Positions 43,665 through 51,693 of a stretch of DNA of 64,000 nt are shown piece after piece. The stretch lies in NCBI GenBank assembly GCA_946413265.1, contig CAMKJU010000011.1, positions 340 through 64,339 on the forward strand, given 5' to 3'. Position numbers and translations under genes: made by a program. Within the stretch, counting starts at the first letter, position 1, and each line of letters begins with the position of its first letter. The notes under the pieces were generated by a model, which worked only from the letters and a program-made list of their open reading frames with translations, did no database searches and was not told the DNA's origin. Source of the stretch: an uncultured Lentisphaerota bacterium. GTDB taxonomy: Bacteria; Verrucomicrobiota; Kiritimatiellia; RFP12; UBA1067.

Positions 43665-44876
43665 ATGACAAGTGAACAGATGCAAGAGTTGTTTGAGACT
43701 TCGGACCGAGTCGTTGGCGAGGTTCCGCTTGGTTTTCATCGTTATCTGCATGATGAAATCGACTGGCGCGACCGTCTGATCTGCATCATGGGGGCTCGTG
43801 GTACGGGCAAGACGACTTTGATGAGGCAACGCATCCGCGAGGCATTCGGGACAGGAAGCGACAAGGCCATCTACATGAGCCTTGACGATTTCTGGTTTTC
43901 GCAGTACAGCGTCAAGGATGCCGTGGGCTATCTTTACAGTCATGGTTACACGCATGTGTTTATCGACGAAATTCACCACTTCGGCAAAGAGTGGCAGCGG
44001 CTCGTAAAAAACCTCTACGACCAGTTCCCGTCCATGAACTTCGTTTACAGCGGATCGTCCATGTTGAAGCTTGAAAGCGGCAAGGCGGATTTGTCCCGCA
44101 GACAGGCTGTATACAGGCTGCGCGGATTATCTTTTAGGGAGTATCTGTCGTTTGAGAAGATACTGGACCATCGTGCAATCACCCTTGAAGAACTCCTTGC
44201 CGATCATCGTCGCCTGGCTTCGTTGATTGTGGCGACGACCAAAATACTTCCACATTTCGAGAGGTATCAGCGAATCGGGTTCTATCCGTTTTACGCAGAA
44301 TCCCATGCGCAATATCAGGATCGGTTGCTCGCCACGGTGCGCAAGGTTCTTGAATCAGACTATCCTTCGATTGAGGACGTTTCGCAGGAGACGATTAGAA
44401 CGACGAAGAAGATGCTGAAGGTTCTTGCGGCATCGACCCCACAATCTCCAAACATGAGCGAACTCTACCGTGAGCTTGGCACGGAGCGTAACCAAGGGCT
44501 CAAGATGTTGACCGCCCTTGAGCGTGCCGGGCTTCTGGCGCTTGTGCCGAGAAAGAAGAACAAGCTCGGCAACCTTTCGCGACCGGAGAAGATATACTGC
44601 GACAACACGAACCTGATGTATGCGCTGGTCCCGCATGTCGATGCCGGTGTGCGCCGCGAAACCTATTTCTTCAATCAGGTCAGGAAGGTCGGCGAAGTAT
44701 GCTTCTCGGGCATTGGCGACTTCGAGGTGGACGGCAAGTTCGTTTTCGAAGTGGGGGGAAAGGGCAAAGGTTTCGAACAGATCAAGGATGTGCCGCACAG
44801 TTATGTCGTGAATGACGATACGGAAGTAGGCATCGGCAGCAAGATTCCCCTCTGGCTTTTCGGATTCTTGTATTGA
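43665..44876 (+). CDS. AAA+ ATPase with DUF4143-type C-terminal domain (COG1373-like)
   Basis: 403 aa. Walker A GARGTGKTT and Walker B HVFIDEIHH. LSFREYLSF. GC is visibly lower than in the flanks. Confidence 0.8.
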   Translation: MTSEQMQELFETSDRVVGEVPLGFHRYLHDEIDWRDRLICIMGARGTGKTTLMRQRIREAFGTGSDKAIYMSLDDFWFSQYSVKDAVGYLYSHGYTHVFIDEIHHFGKEWQRLVKNLYDQFPSMNFVYSGSSMLKLESGKADLSRRQAVYRLRGLSFREYLSFEKILDHRAITLEELLADHRRLASLIVATTKILPHFERYQRIGFYPFYAESHAQYQDRLLATVRKVLESDYPSIEDVSQETIRTTKKMLKVLAASTPQSPNMSELYRELGTERNQGLKMLTALERAGLLALVPRKKNKLGNLSRPEKIYCDNTNLMYALVPHVDAGVRRETYFFNQVRKVGEVCFSGIGDFEVDGKFVFEVGGKGKGFEQIKDVPHSYVVNDDTEVGIGSKIPLWLFGFLY

Positions 44877-45526
44877 CTGAAAAATACCAGCTGCGTCCCC
44901 TCATGCAGAAGAACTTCCACCTCCACGACAACGTACACGGCATGGAGAAGCTTGGTGCGATGGAGTTCATCCAGTCGATGCTCATCCAGTGCGACCACGG
45001 CATTGTGAAGGTGTTTCCCAACTGGACGGGCGCGGACGCGAAGTTCGAGAACCTGCGCGCGAAGGGGTGCTTCCTCGTCTCCGCCGAGATGAAGGGCGGC
45101 AAGGTCGTGCGCGTGGAGGTGAAGAGCGAGAAGGGCGGGCGGTTCCGGTTGGTGGAGCCGAGACAACAAGCGTACAACAACAAGATGCCGGAGGGCTGGG
45201 TGCACGGAAAAACGCGCAACAGCGGCGAGGCGACGCTCGAGCGCGACTTCAAGCCCGGCGAGGTAGTATCGCTGACGATGGCAGGAGATTGCGCTGCGAC
45301 GGCGGGCGTACTCTCGCCGATCTCCTTTGACGCGCCACGGCGAGAAGGGGCGCATGCGCGTGCAGTTGTGGAACATGGGCGATACGGCCAAGACGGGAAC
45401 CGTGGAGCTGGCGGGCGGCCCGCTTCTCGGACTGCCGGAGCGGATCGTGCTGGGACCCCACGGCACGCCGCCGGCCACGTTCGACTGCACGCTCGCGGCG
45501 GCTGGCGATCCGTCCCGGGCACTTGA
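44873..45526 (+). pseudogene. 3' fragment of an (alpha/alpha)6-barrel glycoside hydrolase gene (GH95/GH65-like C-terminal beta-sandwich)
   Basis: MEFIQSMLIQCDHGIVKVFPNWTGADAKFENLRAKGCFLVSAEMKGGKVVRVEVKSEKGGRFRL resembles the C-terminal end of GH95-type enzymes. It begins right at the stop of the ATPase gene with no catalytic domain. Coding quality decays after about 45290, and another frame (45327-45602) then looks coding. Confidence 0.35.
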
Positions 45527-45628
45527 ACTGGTCGGCGTGTTCGGCGGCCGGCGCTCCAGCCGCTTCCACATGTCGGTGAAGACGCCGCCCAGCCGGCCCT
45601 AACGAATAGTCAGGTATGATTCCCCCTC

Positions 45629-45658
45629 TTGACGGTGGGTACAGAAACGTGATATACT
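45629..45658 (+). promoter_or_regulatory. sigma-70-like promoter (TTGACG-N18-TATACT)
   Basis: ttgacg at 45629-45634, an 18-nt spacer, then tatact at 45653-45658, upstream of the ATPase gene at 45715. Confidence 0.35.
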
Positions 45659-45714
45659 TCCTTTAAAAACGGAAACATTAGGCATATTGTGTCCGTTAAA
45701 AAAGGAAAACCATC

Positions 45715-47019
45715 ATGAATAAAAAGGACATCTTCAAGACCCTGATTGCGCAGAAGCAGTCGGAAATGCCATTTTCGGTTATCGGCAGAGATGTTTCTTT
45801 GCCAATTGACGGGAATGAAATCGTCACCATCCCGGGGGTACGTCGTTGTGGGAAGTCAACCTTGATGGAGATCACGATCAACCGGCTTCTTGCGAATGGC
45901 GTCAGGAAGGAAAATGTCCTTTGGATTGGTTTTGACGACGAACGAATCAAGTACATGGCAGTGGAAGAATTGGATCTCATTCTTCAAGCCTACCGTGAAA
46001 TGTATCCAGCGACGGAATTGAAGGACGTTTGGATGTTCTTCGATGAACTGCCGCTTATCAAGGGCTGGGAATATTTCGTGTTGCGCCTCTTCAAGGGTTC
46101 GTGCAGGCATCTCTACATTTCCGGAAGCAATGCCAGCACGTTGTCCGTGGAAATGAAGAGCGCACTCAGGGGTTGGCCGCATGAGATTGAGGTCTGGCCG
46201 CTGAGCTTCAGGGAATTTCTGCGGTTCAAGGGCATTGACGCAGACTCTCATCTTGAGCAGGACAAGGCCCGCGTTCAAGTCGCCTTTGATGAATACAACC
46301 GTCTTGGCGGGATGCCGGAACCGACACTTATGCCCATCCTCAGCGAGAAATACCGCAAGTTGCAGGACTATTTCGACGTCATGCTCCTGCGAGACCTAGT
46401 AGAACATTGGCAGATATCCAAACCGCAGATGGTGCGCTATTTCCTCAAGCGCGTGATGACGACGATTGCCAACAGGCTCTCGGTAAACGCCATTTTCAGG
46501 GAGATCAAGGCCTCCGGGCGGAAAGTGACCAAGGACGATCTCTATGACTGGCTTGTGTGGGCGCAGTCCATCTACCTGGTCCGAAAACTTGACGTCTACT
46601 CGCGATCCGTGAAAAGCGAGATTTCGCTTCCAGGCAAGTATTACGTGAGTGATGTGGGACTTCGTTCGGCGGTCATTCCGCTTCAATCCGATGATGACGG
46701 AAAGCGGCTGGAGAACACCGTTTACCTTGAGCTAATTCGCCGAAAGGGACATAACGAGGAATTGTCTTACTTCAGCGAATCGGGAGAGTGTGATTTTGTC
46801 GTGTCGGAGGGGGATGAAGTCAAGCGGCTAATTCAGGTCACTTGGGACATGTCGGATGCGGAAACGCGCACGCGCGAATTTGCAGGACTTTTAAAGGCGG
46901 CGAAGGCCACTGGGTGTGGAGACCTCACCATCATCACGCGCGACGAGGAGGGGGAGGAGACCCACGACGGCTTGACTGTCAGGATTGTACCCATCTGTCA
47001 CTTCTTGCTGTCCAAATGA
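45715..47019 (+). CDS. AAA+ ATPase with DUF4143-type C-terminal domain (COG1373-like), second copy
   Basis: 434 aa. Walker A GVRRCGKST and Walker B WMFFDELP. LSFREFLRF. GC is visibly lower than in the flanks. Confidence 0.8.
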   Translation: MNKKDIFKTLIAQKQSEMPFSVIGRDVSLPIDGNEIVTIPGVRRCGKSTLMEITINRLLANGVRKENVLWIGFDDERIKYMAVEELDLILQAYREMYPATELKDVWMFFDELPLIKGWEYFVLRLFKGSCRHLYISGSNASTLSVEMKSALRGWPHEIEVWPLSFREFLRFKGIDADSHLEQDKARVQVAFDEYNRLGGMPEPTLMPILSEKYRKLQDYFDVMLLRDLVEHWQISKPQMVRYFLKRVMTTIANRLSVNAIFREIKASGRKVTKDDLYDWLVWAQSIYLVRKLDVYSRSVKSEISLPGKYYVSDVGLRSAVIPLQSDDDGKRLENTVYLELIRRKGHNEELSYFSESGECDFVVSEGDEVKRLIQVTWDMSDAETRTREFAGLLKAAKATGCGDLTIITRDEEGEETHDGLTVRIVPICHFLLSK

Positions 47020-47039
47020 TTTAGGGAAACGAAATGAAT

Positions 47040-47209
47040 GTAATCGGTCACTCACCTGCATCTGCCCCAAAACAGATACTAGAAGACCCACCGTCGGGGA
47101 AGCGGCGCTCTCGCCGCTTCAAATCAGGAAGCGACAGGAGTGTCGCTTCCCCAACGGGAGATGCATTTTTCATGCGCTTTTGGAGGGATGCAGATGAGTG
47201 ACCGGTTAC
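47040..47209. mobile_element. MITE-like element: 23-bp terminal inverted repeats, internal REP-like hairpins, 8-bp direct duplication
   Basis: The left TIR gtaatcggtcactcacctgcatc (47040-47062) matches the right TIR gatgcagatgagtgaccggttac (47187-47209) at 21/23. It is flanked by AAATGAAT at 47032-47039 and 47210-47217. It has no coding capacity. Confidence 0.5.
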
Positions 47210-47242
47210 AAATGAATAGGATTGTCAAATGCAACTACCTCG

Positions 47243-47251
47243 TGTTATAAT
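47243..47251 (+). promoter_or_regulatory. extended -10 element TGtTATAAT placed 6 nt before the ATG (possible leaderless transcript)
   Basis: tgttataat-tagacc-ATG(47258). Confidence 0.3.
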
Positions 47252-47257
47252 TAGACC

Positions 47258-48589
47258 ATGAAAACGACAACCCTATTCTTTTTCTGCGCTGTCGCCATGG
47301 CGCTTCCCGCCGCCACCGCCACGTACCGCCAGCCGAACTACGACGAATCCAAGATACACCCATACACGCTCGAAGACCCGCTGACCTTCATCGACGGAAC
47401 GAAGGTGAAGTCCCCAGCGGACTGGCCTCGGCGCCGCGCCGAGATACTTGACATATTCGCGCGCGAAATGTACGGGCAGCCGCCGCCCGCGCCCGAGGCC
47501 GTGGTCACAGAGGTCTGGGACGTCAAGAAGAAGGCTCTCGCTGGCTACTGCATCCGCAAGCAGGTGAAGATGTGGTTCAAGAAGGATAAGACCGGTCCCT
47601 GCATAAACTGGATAGTATTCATCCCGCGCCACGCGAAGGCTCCGTCGCCCGTCATCCTTTTTCTCAACTATCGCGGCAACCACGAGCTTGTGCCCAACAC
47701 AGACATCCCCGTGCAGCAGGCGTGGACGCGGTCTGGACCGAAGACGGACGGCAACAAATCCTCTGCCCGTACGCGCGGCGTCATGTGCGACCCGAACAGC
47801 AACAGTATCCTGCCGATCGGAATGCTGCTCGCGCGCGGCTACGCCGTCATGAGCGCCTGCTACTGCGAAGTGTCGCCCGATCCATCGTTCAAGGAGCGGG
47901 ATCCCGCGTTCCGGCAGGATCCGTTCGCGTACACCGGCGTATTCGACCTCTGGCCGAAGCGCGATGAATCCAGGGACGACAACCCCACGGCGCTCGGTGC
48001 ATGGGCCTGGGCGCTTTCGCGCGGTCTCGACTACGCCGAGACGGATCCCCTTCTCGATGCGAAGCGCAGCGTGGTGACGGGATGCTCGCGCCTCGGCAAG
48101 GCAGCGCTTCTGGCGGCCGCGCGCGACGAGCGTTTCGCCGTGTGCGTGCCAAACCAGACCGGCGGCGGCGGCGCACCCCTCGCCAAGCGCGACTATGGCG
48201 AGAACACCTCTACCGAGAATACGATGTTCACGCACTGGTACTGCAAGGCATACCGCAAGTATGCAGACAGGCCGTGGGAGACGCTTGACTTCGACCAGCA
48301 CCTCCTTCTCGCCGCCGTCGCGCCGCGCGCCCTCTTGGTCGAAGGCTTCGACACGAGTAAGTGGATGCACACCAAGGGCGAGTATCTCGCCTGCCGCGCC
48401 GCAGCGCCGGTGTGGGCGTTCCTTGGCCGCGGCACCATGCCGGACGTTCCTTATCCCGACAACTACTCGACCGCAGGTATCGGCGAAAGCTTTGGTTACG
48501 TGCGTCGCAGCGAGCAGCACGGCATCGCCGCGCACGACTGGATGTGGATGATCGACTTCGCGGACCGCGAGTTCGGCATAAGGCGTTGA
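47258..48589 (+). CDS. carbohydrate esterase family 15 (glucuronoyl esterase)-like protein
   Basis: 443 aa with a signal peptide. Catalytic-Ser motif GCSRLGKAALLAAARDERFAV. PNQTGGGGAPL. Confidence 0.75.
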   Translation: MKTTTLFFFCAVAMALPAATATYRQPNYDESKIHPYTLEDPLTFIDGTKVKSPADWPRRRAEILDIFAREMYGQPPPAPEAVVTEVWDVKKKALAGYCIRKQVKMWFKKDKTGPCINWIVFIPRHAKAPSPVILFLNYRGNHELVPNTDIPVQQAWTRSGPKTDGNKSSARTRGVMCDPNSNSILPIGMLLARGYAVMSACYCEVSPDPSFKERDPAFRQDPFAYTGVFDLWPKRDESRDDNPTALGAWAWALSRGLDYAETDPLLDAKRSVVTGCSRLGKAALLAAARDERFAVCVPNQTGGGGAPLAKRDYGENTSTENTMFTHWYCKAYRKYADRPWETLDFDQHLLLAAVAPRALLVEGFDTSKWMHTKGEYLACRAAAPVWAFLGRGTMPDVPYPDNYSTAGIGESFGYVRRSEQHGIAAHDWMWMIDFADREFGIRR

Positions 48590-48681
48590 TGAATACGGTG
48601 TCGTATCCTGGCGGCGCCCTCCGGCCTCTCGCCTTCCGGGCTTCTCGGCCCCGTCCAGATAGTCTCTGAACGCTAGGATTA

Positions 48682-48690
48682 TGCTATACT
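48682..48690 (+). promoter_or_regulatory. extended -10-like element TGcTATACT upstream of thiD
   Basis: tgctatact lies 61 nt upstream of the ATG at 48752. Confidence 0.25.
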
Positions 48691-48751
48691 ACTGCCAACC
48701 ACAAGTAGAAGGATATTGTAATGGCGAAAGAAAATACGAGGGATTCGCTCG

Positions 48752-49552
48752 ATGAGAGCTGAGTCGCATCCTTGTTGCCTGACGATTGCGGGTAGTGACT
48801 CCGGCGGTAACGCCGGCGTGCAGGCCGACTTGCGCGCGTTCCACGCCTACGGCCTGCACGGCTGCACGGTGTTCGCGGCGCTCACGGCGCAGAACCCGTT
48901 CGGCGTCTCAGCCATCCATCAGGTGCCGCCGGATTTCGTGGCGGCACAGCTCGACGCAGTGCTGGGCGTCTACGCGATCAAGGCGCTCAAGACGGGGATG
49001 CTCGCCGACGCGGCGGCAATCGAGGTGGTGGCCGACCGCGTGGCACGCCATCCGGAGATCGCGAAGGTGGTTGATCCCGTGATGGTCGCGACGAGCGGGG
49101 CGAAGCTCATTTCCGACGACGCGGTGGCCACGTTGACGGCGCGGCTCCTGCCGTGCGCGACGCTCATTACGCCGAACCTGCCGGAGGCGGAGGTGCTGTG
49201 GGGGTGTGCGATTACGGGTCGGAACGACGTGCGCGAGGCGGCAAAGGCGCTCCACGGACGCTTCGGCTGCGCCGTGCTTGTGAAAGGCGGACACGCTACG
49301 GGCGACCTCGCGGCTGCGGAGGATACACTCTACGACGGCGAGCATTTCTACGCATTTACGCTGCCACACATCGAGAATCCCGTTTCCACACATGGCACGG
49401 GGTGCTCGCTCGCGGCGGCGCTGGCGGCGGAGCTCGCGCTCGGGCGCGCTTTGCCGGACGCGGTGTCCGGCGCGAAGGCGTTCGTGCACCGCGCGATCGC
49501 CACGTCCTACTGGGTGGGACCAAACTGCGGCGTTCTCGGTTGGGGGCGTTGA
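48752..49552 (+). CDS. thiD: hydroxymethylpyrimidine/phosphomethylpyrimidine kinase
   Basis: 266 aa. LTIAGSDSGGNAGVQADLRAFHAYG, DPVMVATSGAKL, LITPNLPEA, VLVKGGH and THGTGCSLAAALAA. Confidence 0.9.
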   Translation: MRAESHPCCLTIAGSDSGGNAGVQADLRAFHAYGLHGCTVFAALTAQNPFGVSAIHQVPPDFVAAQLDAVLGVYAIKALKTGMLADAAAIEVVADRVARHPEIAKVVDPVMVATSGAKLISDDAVATLTARLLPCATLITPNLPEAEVLWGCAITGRNDVREAAKALHGRFGCAVLVKGGHATGDLAAAEDTLYDGEHFYAFTLPHIENPVSTHGTGCSLAAALAAELALGRALPDAVSGAKAFVHRAIATSYWVGPNCGVLGWGR

Positions 49553-49587
49553 ATCTTGTTAAATGACGGAAAGTTGAGGATCATGAG

Positions 49588-51693
49588 ATGAAACTGAGTG
49601 ACAATCATGTTATCGGACTGGGATGCCTTGGCGAACTGATAGTTCTCGCCGTAGGCATAATCCTGTTGCGAGATACGGAAGCGGGTATCAGTGCATACGC
49701 CTATATGATTCTCCTCGTGGGGCCGTACTTCTTCCTGCGGTGGATTCTGAATCATTTCGACCTCTGGTCTCCTATAGTGGGGGCCGTGATGGGGCCTGTT
49801 TTTGTCCTCGGATGTTTCCTGCTCGGACAGTTTGCGCCGTTGCCAACCGATAAGGGGTCTGGTACCAAGGGCTCCGACGAGCAGATAGAAAAGGATGCCT
49901 CGGGGGGAGCAGTGCCGCCAGGCGTCAGCTACACGCCCGCGTCCACGAATGAAGTCTCCGTTGAGGAGGCGCTCGCGGAGCTGGACGAACTTGTCGGGCT
50001 CGCGCCGGTGAAGGCCGAGGTTAGGCGTTTCGCGAAGCTTGTGCATGTGGCGCAGCAGCGCAAGGCGAAAGGACTCAAGGTGGCGCCGATCTCCTACCAC
50101 ATGGTGTTCACCGGCAACCCTGGTACGGGCAAGACGACTGTCGCGCGCATCATGGCGAAGGTTTACAAGGCTCTCGGTGTGGTGAAGAAGGGGCATCTCG
50201 TAGAGTGCGACCGGGGCGCGCTCGTGGCCGGCTACGAGGGACAGAGCGCCATCAAGACCGGCAAGGTTGTCGACTTCGCGCTGGACGGCGTCCTGTTCGT
50301 GGACGAGGTGTACTCGCTCGTGAACGGACCGCAGGACAGCTACGGCGAAGAGGTTATATCGACTCTTCTGAAGCGCATGGAGGACGACCGCGACCGCCTC
50401 GTGGTGATCGTGGCCGGATACACCGACGAGATGAAGAAATTCATCAACGCGAACTCCGGCCTCGCCTCGCGCTTCAACCACTATGTGGAATTCCCCGACT
50501 ACGCGACGGACGAGCTGGCGGAAATATTCCGCAGAATGGCAAAGAAGAACCAATACGTGCTTTCACCGGAAGTGGAGCGCAACCTATCAGCCTTCATCGC
50601 CGAAAAGACGGCGAACCGCGACCGCAGGTTCGGCAACGCGCGTTGGGCGCGTAACCTCTTCGAGCAGGCCGTGGCCCACCAGGCGGAGCGCGTGGCCGAT
50701 CTCGCGAACCCGACCGAGGCGCAGCTCATGACGATCGAGATGCGCGACATTGGCGAAATGGGCAAGGGGGCGGCTGGATTCGGCGCGGACTCACTTGGAC
50801 GGACCGTGCCGCCTGGAGTCCACTATACGCCAGCCTCCACGAACGTCGTCAGCGTGGAAGAGGCCCTTGCAGAGCTGAACGAACTCGTGGGGCTCAAACC
50901 CGTCAAGGAGGAGGTGGAGAAGTTCGCGTCTTTCGTGCGGGTGGCGCAGCAGCGCAAGGCCGCCGGACTCAAGGTGGCGCCGATATCCTACCACATGGTG
51001 TTCACCGGCAACCCTGGTACGGGCAAGACGACCGTCGCGCGCATCATGGCGAAGATATACCGTGCGCTCGGCGTGGTGAAGAGCGGACACCTCGTGGAAT
51101 GCGACCGTAGCGGACTAGTTGCAGGATACACGGGCCAGACCGCCATAAAGACTGGGAAAGTGATCGACTTCGCGCTCGACGGCATCCTCTTCGTGGACGA
51201 GGCGTACTCGCTCGTGAACGGTCCGCAGGATACCTACGGCAGCGAGGCGATATCCACGCTCCTGAAGCGCATGGAGGATGACCGCGACCGACTCGTGGTG
51301 ATCGTGGCCGGATATACCCACGAGATGAAGGGGTTCATTGACGCGAACTCCGGTCTGGCCTCGCGCTTCACGCACTACGTGGAGTTCCCCGACTACACGG
51401 CGGAGGAACTTGCGGCGATGTTCCGTCAGCGCGCGAAGAAAAACCAGTACGTCCTTTCCAAGGATGTGGAGAAGTGGCTTGATGCGTTCATCCGCGTGCG
51501 CATGAACACGGTGAAGCGCGATCGCACTTTCGGCAACGGACGCTGGGCACGGAACCTCTTCGAGGAGGCCGTGTCACGTCAGGCCGTGCGCGTGGGGAAA
51601 ATCAAGGATCCTACGCCCGAGCAGCTTAAGACCCTCATTATGAGGGACGTGGGCATTAAGCTTAAGGATCCCGACGCGTCCAATGAAGACTAG
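49588..51693 (+). CDS. membrane-anchored protein with two tandem CbbX/SpoVK-type AAA+ ATPase modules
   Basis: 701 aa with about 3 N-terminal TM helices. Two modules of about 290 aa follow, each with HMVFTGNPGTGKTTVARIMAK (Walker A), (V/I)LFVDE(V/A)YSL (Walker B) and LVVIVAGYT. Confidence 0.8.
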   Translation: MKLSDNHVIGLGCLGELIVLAVGIILLRDTEAGISAYAYMILLVGPYFFLRWILNHFDLWSPIVGAVMGPVFVLGCFLLGQFAPLPTDKGSGTKGSDEQIEKDASGGAVPPGVSYTPASTNEVSVEEALAELDELVGLAPVKAEVRRFAKLVHVAQQRKAKGLKVAPISYHMVFTGNPGTGKTTVARIMAKVYKALGVVKKGHLVECDRGALVAGYEGQSAIKTGKVVDFALDGVLFVDEVYSLVNGPQDSYGEEVISTLLKRMEDDRDRLVVIVAGYTDEMKKFINANSGLASRFNHYVEFPDYATDELAEIFRRMAKKNQYVLSPEVERNLSAFIAEKTANRDRRFGNARWARNLFEQAVAHQAERVADLANPTEAQLMTIEMRDIGEMGKGAAGFGADSLGRTVPPGVHYTPASTNVVSVEEALAELNELVGLKPVKEEVEKFASFVRVAQQRKAAGLKVAPISYHMVFTGNPGTGKTTVARIMAKIYRALGVVKSGHLVECDRSGLVAGYTGQTAIKTGKVIDFALDGILFVDEAYSLVNGPQDTYGSEAISTLLKRMEDDRDRLVVIVAGYTHEMKGFIDANSGLASRFTHYVEFPDYTAEELAAMFRQRAKKNQYVLSKDVEKWLDAFIRVRMNTVKRDRTFGNGRWARNLFEEAVSRQAVRVGKIKDPTPEQLKTLIMRDVGIKLKDPDASNED

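Noticed and set aside
48690..48752. TPP riboswitch upstream of thiD, and a 13-codon uORF (48721-48762, MAKENTRDSLDES)
   Set aside because: The leader from the -10-like element to the thiD ATG is only about 60 nt. That is too short for a THI-box, and the conserved CUGAGA...ACCUGAUCUGGAUAAUGCCAGCG core is not present. The uORF has no supporting features.
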